From: Spirochaetota bacterium
GTDB lineage: Bacteria > Spirochaetota > UBA4802 > JAKQUI01
Assembly (NCBI GenBank): GCA_029562645.1
Contig: JAKQUI010000033.1
Span: 59,146-123,145 of the forward strand
Length of the DNA stretch: 64,000 bases
Direction of reading: 5' to 3'
Shown piece after piece: positions 59,739 to 64,000 of the stretch. The notes below the pieces were generated by a model, which made no database searches, was not told the DNA's origin, and saw only the letters and a program-made list of their open reading frames with translations. Position 1 is the first letter of the stretch. Each line of letters opens with the position of its first letter. A program made the translations under genes and the position numbers.

Positions 59739-61751
59739 ATGAAAATAGACCGAAAAGATTTCCTCAAAGTTGCCGGCGGCGCCGTCGTGGGAGGCGCGGC
59801 GGGATTCGTGTTCTCCGGCGCTCCCTTCAACGCCTTTCAGTGGATCGTCGAATGGACCCAGGACCAGTACGTTCCGGGCAGCGGCGCGGAGCGCTATCTC
59901 CAGAGCATCTGCCAGGCCTGCCCCAATGCCTGCACCGTCTCGGTGCGCATGATCGGCGAACGGGCCGTGAAGATCGAGACCTCGGTTGGCGGCGGATGCC
60001 CCATCGGACAGAACCTCATACAGCAACTCTATCACCCCGACCGCGTCGCCTTCCCCATGGAGCGCGCCGGCGCGAAGGGAAAAGCGAAATTCACCGCCCA
60101 GATCGGGGACGCGGCATGGAACACCGCCGTGGAAAAAATAGCGAAAAAGATCGGCGAGCTCCGCGCGGCGAACAAGCCGTTGTCCATCGCCGCCATCAAC
60201 GGCGCGCACGCCGGCGTTTCGGGCCTCCTGCTCGACCGGCTCGTGAAGGCATGCGGCAGCCCGCACGTGTACACGGAACCCTGCGTGCACGGCGCCTCAT
60301 CGGCCGCGGTCAGGGCGCTGTACAACAAAGAAGGATCGCTCGGCTACGATTTCGCCGGCGCCGACTACATCCTCAGCTTTAGCGCGCGCCTCTTCGAGGG
60401 CTGGGGGATGATGGCCGACATGCACAAGAACCTCCTGGCCTGGAAAAAAAGCGGCACCCGGCTCGTCCAGATCGACGCCCAGTGCACGCGCACCGCGTCC
60501 CTCGCCACCGAGTGGGTCCCCCTCCCCAAGGCGGGCACCGAGGCGGTCCTGGCGATGGGCATCGCCCACCTGCTATTCAAGGCCGGCAAGCGGTCGAACG
60601 CCGCGAACGCCGCCGCCTGGACGCAGATCGTGATGAACGACTACACCCCGGACCGGGTGGCGAAGGTCACCGGCGTTCCGGAAGCCACGCTCAAGAAGAT
60701 CGCCGACGCCCTGATGCGTGCGCGCAGGCCCATCGCGGTCGCCGGGCGCGGCGCCAAAAGCGTATCATCCTCGACGCTCGAGATAGCCGCGATCGAGGGC
60801 CTCAATTCCATGCTGGGCGGCGGGACCTTCATTGAGACGCCCCCGACGCTGGGCGCGCCGCGATACGATGCGGCCGCGGCCGCCTCGATCAAGAACGCCA
60901 AGACCTTCGCCGGGCTGGACGAGTTCATCAAAAGCAAGGACGCCTTCGACGTCGTGTTCATCAACGATGCCGATCCGGTGTACCGCAGCGTCTTCGGCAA
61001 AGAGCTCGCGAAAAAGCTCGAACAAGCGTCGCTGGTGGTCGCGTTCACCACCCTGATAAACGACACCGCGGCCTATGCCGACATCGTGCTTCCCACGGTC
61101 ACCTCGCTTGAGCTGCCGTCGGTGGACAAGAAGACCGTTGTCGCGCCGCGTTACAAGGCGATGCACGCGGGGGACGCCATCATCGCCATCGCCAAGAAGA
61201 TCGCCGGCGTTGCGGACTCCTTCCCCTATGCACGCTATTCCGACGCCGTCGCGGCGGCCGGAAAGGGCGGCCGGGCGGCAGGCGGCGCACCTACGATCCC
61301 GATCGCGCTTTTCGAAAAATACTACAACACCATCAGCAAAAAGGTGGACGACACCGCCTTTCCGCTCTCGCTCATCCCCTTCGAGGTGCCCAGCATCGGC
61401 GATGGGGCCGGCCTGGCCCTGCCCTACACGCTCAAGAGCATCGACGAGAAGGTCTACTCGCGCAACAAGCTCTGGGTCCACATGAACCCGGAAACAGCGA
61501 AGAAATTCGGGAAATGCGAGGGCTCTCGCGTGGACCTCGAATCACAGCGCGGCGAGGTGGGCTCCGTTCGCGTGCACCTCACCAAGACCGTCGCCCCGGA
61601 CACGGTCGCCGTTCCGCTCGGATTCGGCCACCGGCACTATACCGCATATGGCGAGGACAAGGGCGTAAACCCCAAGGAAATCATGTGCGACGATATCGAT
61701 CCCGTATCCGGTAACGCCGACTGGTGGTTTACCAGGATCAAACTGAGCTAA
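59739..61751 (+). CDS. molybdopterin-oxidoreductase-family subunit (QrcB/ActB1-like)
   Basis: 670 aa. Degenerate twin-arginine-like leader MKIDRKDFLKVAGGAVVGGAAGF. N-terminal FeS-binding CQACPNAC...C. AAGGAG RBS. Confidence 0.8.
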   Translation: MKIDRKDFLKVAGGAVVGGAAGFVFSGAPFNAFQWIVEWTQDQYVPGSGAERYLQSICQACPNACTVSVRMIGERAVKIETSVGGGCPIGQNLIQQLYHPDRVAFPMERAGAKGKAKFTAQIGDAAWNTAVEKIAKKIGELRAANKPLSIAAINGAHAGVSGLLLDRLVKACGSPHVYTEPCVHGASSAAVRALYNKEGSLGYDFAGADYILSFSARLFEGWGMMADMHKNLLAWKKSGTRLVQIDAQCTRTASLATEWVPLPKAGTEAVLAMGIAHLLFKAGKRSNAANAAAWTQIVMNDYTPDRVAKVTGVPEATLKKIADALMRARRPIAVAGRGAKSVSSSTLEIAAIEGLNSMLGGGTFIETPPTLGAPRYDAAAAASIKNAKTFAGLDEFIKSKDAFDVVFINDADPVYRSVFGKELAKKLEQASLVVAFTTLINDTAAYADIVLPTVTSLELPSVDKKTVVAPRYKAMHAGDAIIAIAKKIAGVADSFPYARYSDAVAAAGKGGRAAGGAPTIPIALFEKYYNTISKKVDDTAFPLSLIPFEVPSIGDGAGLALPYTLKSIDEKVYSRNKLWVHMNPETAKKFGKCEGSRVDLESQRGEVGSVRVHLTKTVAPDTVAVPLGFGHRHYTAYGEDKGVNPKEIMCDDIDPVSGNADWWFTRIKLS

Positions 61752-61766
61752 GGAGCAGAACGACCA

Positions 61767-62573
61767 ATGGCAACAATGAAACGTAAGTGGGGAATGGCGA
61801 TAGATCTTGATAAATGCACCGGCTGCGGGGCATGTTCGATCGCGTGCATGCAGGAAAACAACCTGCCCATGTTCACGGACGATTCGGACTCGCCCAAGCG
61901 GGTCACCTTCCTGGACCTCATGCGCGTCACCAACGACCGCGACACGGACAAGAAGTTCGGCGACGTCGAGACCGCCTTCATCCCCAAGATGTGCCAGCAG
62001 TGCGAAGGGAACGACCCCAAGAACCCGAAGCCCCCGTGCGTGTCGGTATGCCCCGTCGTGGCCACCGACGTCGGCGACGACGGCGTGGTGAGCCAGATCT
62101 GGTCGCGCTGCATCGGTTGCCGATACTGCCAGGCGTCGTGCCCGTACGAGGCGCGCGTGTTCAACTGGTGGAAACCGGACTACGAGGGCTCCTTCAAGGA
62201 GGGACTCAGCCCCGACGTATCGGTCCCCTCGCGCGGCACCGTGATCAAGTGCACCTTCTGCAGCCACATCTGGAAGCGTGAGCGCGACCGCATGCTCGCC
62301 AAGGGCGTCAAGGACATCAACGCCGTCCTCTACACCCCGAGCTGCGCATCGGCCTGCCCCACCGGCGCCATCATCTTCGGCGACCTCAACGATCAGGCGT
62401 CCGAAGTGTCCCGCCTGGCCAAGGACAAGCGCGCGTTCCGCCTGGTGCACACCATCGACGACAAGCCCGAAGAGGAAAAGAAGCGCCTGATGGCGATCAA
62501 GCACTATCCGAATCCCAAGGTTTACTACCTTTCCAGTAAGCAGTGGATCAAGGATATGCAGAAGTTCAAATAA
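61767..62573 (+). CDS. 4Fe-4S ferredoxin-type iron-sulfur subunit (PsrB/NrfC/QrcC/ActB2-like)
   Basis: 268 aa. Four Cys clusters: CTGCGACSIAC, CQQCEGN...CVSVCP, CIGCRYCQASCP and CTFC...CASACP. Confidence 0.85.
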   Translation: MATMKRKWGMAIDLDKCTGCGACSIACMQENNLPMFTDDSDSPKRVTFLDLMRVTNDRDTDKKFGDVETAFIPKMCQQCEGNDPKNPKPPCVSVCPVVATDVGDDGVVSQIWSRCIGCRYCQASCPYEARVFNWWKPDYEGSFKEGLSPDVSVPSRGTVIKCTFCSHIWKRERDRMLAKGVKDINAVLYTPSCASACPTGAIIFGDLNDQASEVSRLAKDKRAFRLVHTIDDKPEEEKKRLMAIKHYPNPKVYYLSSKQWIKDMQKFK

Positions 62574-62596
62574 TCCTGAGACAAGGAAGGGATTCA

Positions 62597-63907
62597 ATGG
62601 AAATACTCAATCAGATCAAAGACGAATGGAACGCCGCGAAAACGGCCTGTTTAAACGGCATCACCGGCGCGATGAAATTCTGCAAAGACGAGTGGAACGG
62701 CTACACCAGAAACATCAAGATCACGCTCCTGGTCCTCTTCGGGCTTGTGGGGCTGTTCATCATCTTTGGCATCCAGATCCTCGGCTGGGGCCTCGGGTAC
62801 ACCGACATGAGCAACCTGTACCCCTTCGGCCAGTGGATCATCGGCGACCTGGGTCTCGTGGGACTGGGCGGCGGCGCGTTCACCATGGGATTTTTCCTCT
62901 ACATCCTGCGCGTGGACAAGCTGAAGCCACTCATCAACTCCACCGTGCTCATCGGGTTCATGTGCTACCTGTTCACCCTGGTGTTCCTGGTGTTCGATAT
63001 CGGCCAGCCGCTCCGCGCATGGTTCGGCTACGCCTACCCCAACTGGGGACACGGTCTCATGCCGCAATCGATGCTCACCGAAGTGGTTTGGTGTCTCACC
63101 TTCTACTTCTGCGTGCTCATCATTGAGCTGGTGCCGCTCCCGCTGGAGCATCCGGTCCTGCAAAAGTTTCCCTTTATCCATGGCCTCACGCACTACATGC
63201 ACAAGCTCATGTGGATCATGGCTGCGGCCGGCACCTTCCTTTCCTTCTTCCACCAGGGATCGCTCGGCGGCGGGATGTGGGGCGTTCTATACGGCAAGGT
63301 GGTCTGGTATCGCCCGGCATATTTCTTCACGGCGATAGTCGCCGCGACGGCCGGCGGCACGGCCTTCATGGCCTTGTGCGCCTACATCGCCGGCAAGGTC
63401 ATGAAGAAGGAAGTGGTGCCGTGGGACTCCTTCCAAACGCTTGCGCAGATTTCCGGCGTACTCACCATCTTCGCCTTCCTGTTCCAGGCGTGGCACGTCT
63501 ACATGCAGGCGACCCATTTCGTCCCCGCATTCGACCGGAGTTTCCTCGACATCTGGGGCGGCTACTATGGGATCTGGATGGTGGTTCTCATGTTCGCCGC
63601 CTATATCGGAGCGATCGTGCTGCTCAATGTCGGAGCGCTTCGCTCACAGGAGCGCTTCTTCGTGGCGGGGATATCCTGCGGAGTTGGCGCAATCTCCTTC
63701 GACAAGATGATCGTGGTGCTGCATGGATCGTCCACCCCCAACTTCCCCTGGAAGTCGTTCGCCGGGTACAACCCGACCATCCAGGAATGGGGGATCTTCC
63801 TCGGGGGGCTGGCCACCATGATACTCATCTACATGCTCTTCGCGAAGTACTTCCCGCTCTTCCCGCACCTGAACAAGCACGGGCACGGCGAGGAACACGC
63901 GCATTAG
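62597..63907 (+). CDS. NrfD/PsrC-family integral membrane quinone-interacting subunit (QrcD/ActC-like)
   Basis: Start at MEILNQIKDEWN. About 10 predicted transmembrane helices. Follows the FeS subunit gene after a 23-nt gap. Confidence 0.8.
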   Translation: MEILNQIKDEWNAAKTACLNGITGAMKFCKDEWNGYTRNIKITLLVLFGLVGLFIIFGIQILGWGLGYTDMSNLYPFGQWIIGDLGLVGLGGGAFTMGFFLYILRVDKLKPLINSTVLIGFMCYLFTLVFLVFDIGQPLRAWFGYAYPNWGHGLMPQSMLTEVVWCLTFYFCVLIIELVPLPLEHPVLQKFPFIHGLTHYMHKLMWIMAAAGTFLSFFHQGSLGGGMWGVLYGKVVWYRPAYFFTAIVAATAGGTAFMALCAYIAGKVMKKEVVPWDSFQTLAQISGVLTIFAFLFQAWHVYMQATHFVPAFDRSFLDIWGGYYGIWMVVLMFAAYIGAIVLLNVGALRSQERFFVAGISCGVGAISFDKMIVVLHGSSTPNFPWKSFAGYNPTIQEWGIFLGGLATMILIYMLFAKYFPLFPHLNKHGHGEEHAH

Positions 63908-63932
63908 AAATTCTATTTAAATAATGCACCCG

Positions 63933-63967
63933 AAACGGGAGCGAGTTATCGCTCCCGTTTTTTGTTT
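63933..63967 (+). terminator. rho-independent terminator closing the respiratory operon
   Basis: AAACGGGAGCGA-gtta-TCGCTCCCGTTT followed by TTTTGTTTG. Confidence 0.7.
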
Positions 63968-64000
63968 GATTATTGCATGCCATCAAGCAAATAATGCATA

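Overview
This is a dense chromosomal segment of about 65% GC from a flagellated diderm bacterium, with roughly 60 protein-coding genes. I recognised no rRNA, tRNA, CRISPR array, IS element or prophage genes by eye.

Housekeeping blocks:
- bamA-skp-lpxD-lpxA followed by an L,D-transpeptidase gene.
- gap-tpiA-secG-ferredoxin-metK on the minus strand.
- rplM-rpsI, recX, rsmA/ksgA and a short-form metH that overlaps a MIF-like tautomerase gene.
- flgG-flgA-flgH-flgI-flgJ, divergent from a multi-PAS HWE/HisKA_2 histidine kinase.

An unusually large share of the rest encodes envelope proteins:
- At least 10 predicted lipoproteins.
- SBBP, FG-GAP and NHL beta-propeller repeat proteins.
- Several predicted outer-membrane barrels.
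- exbB-exbD.
- A TetR-controlled LolA-like plus FtsX-type ABC export cluster.
- A four-gene Qrc/ACIII-like quinone-interacting respiratory module.

The items most worth follow-up are:
- A low-GC mosaic island at about 13.7-17.2 kb that replaces the central or distal parts of two flanking repeat-protein genes and carries a glycosyltransferase-like gene.
- Two paralogous two-domain outer-membrane protein genes that bracket a seven-bladed SBBP propeller lipoprotein gene.
- A pair of diverged paralogous 152-aa proteins of unknown family about 12 kb apart.
- A family of G/C-rich CCCCTC...GAGGGG hairpin repeats in three intergenic spacers, one of which is a MITE-like composite.
- A textbook TetR promoter with two TGACCGA-N4-TCGGTCA operators.
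- A compositionally foreign vapBC module.

All calls are made from the sequence by eye. No database searches were run.
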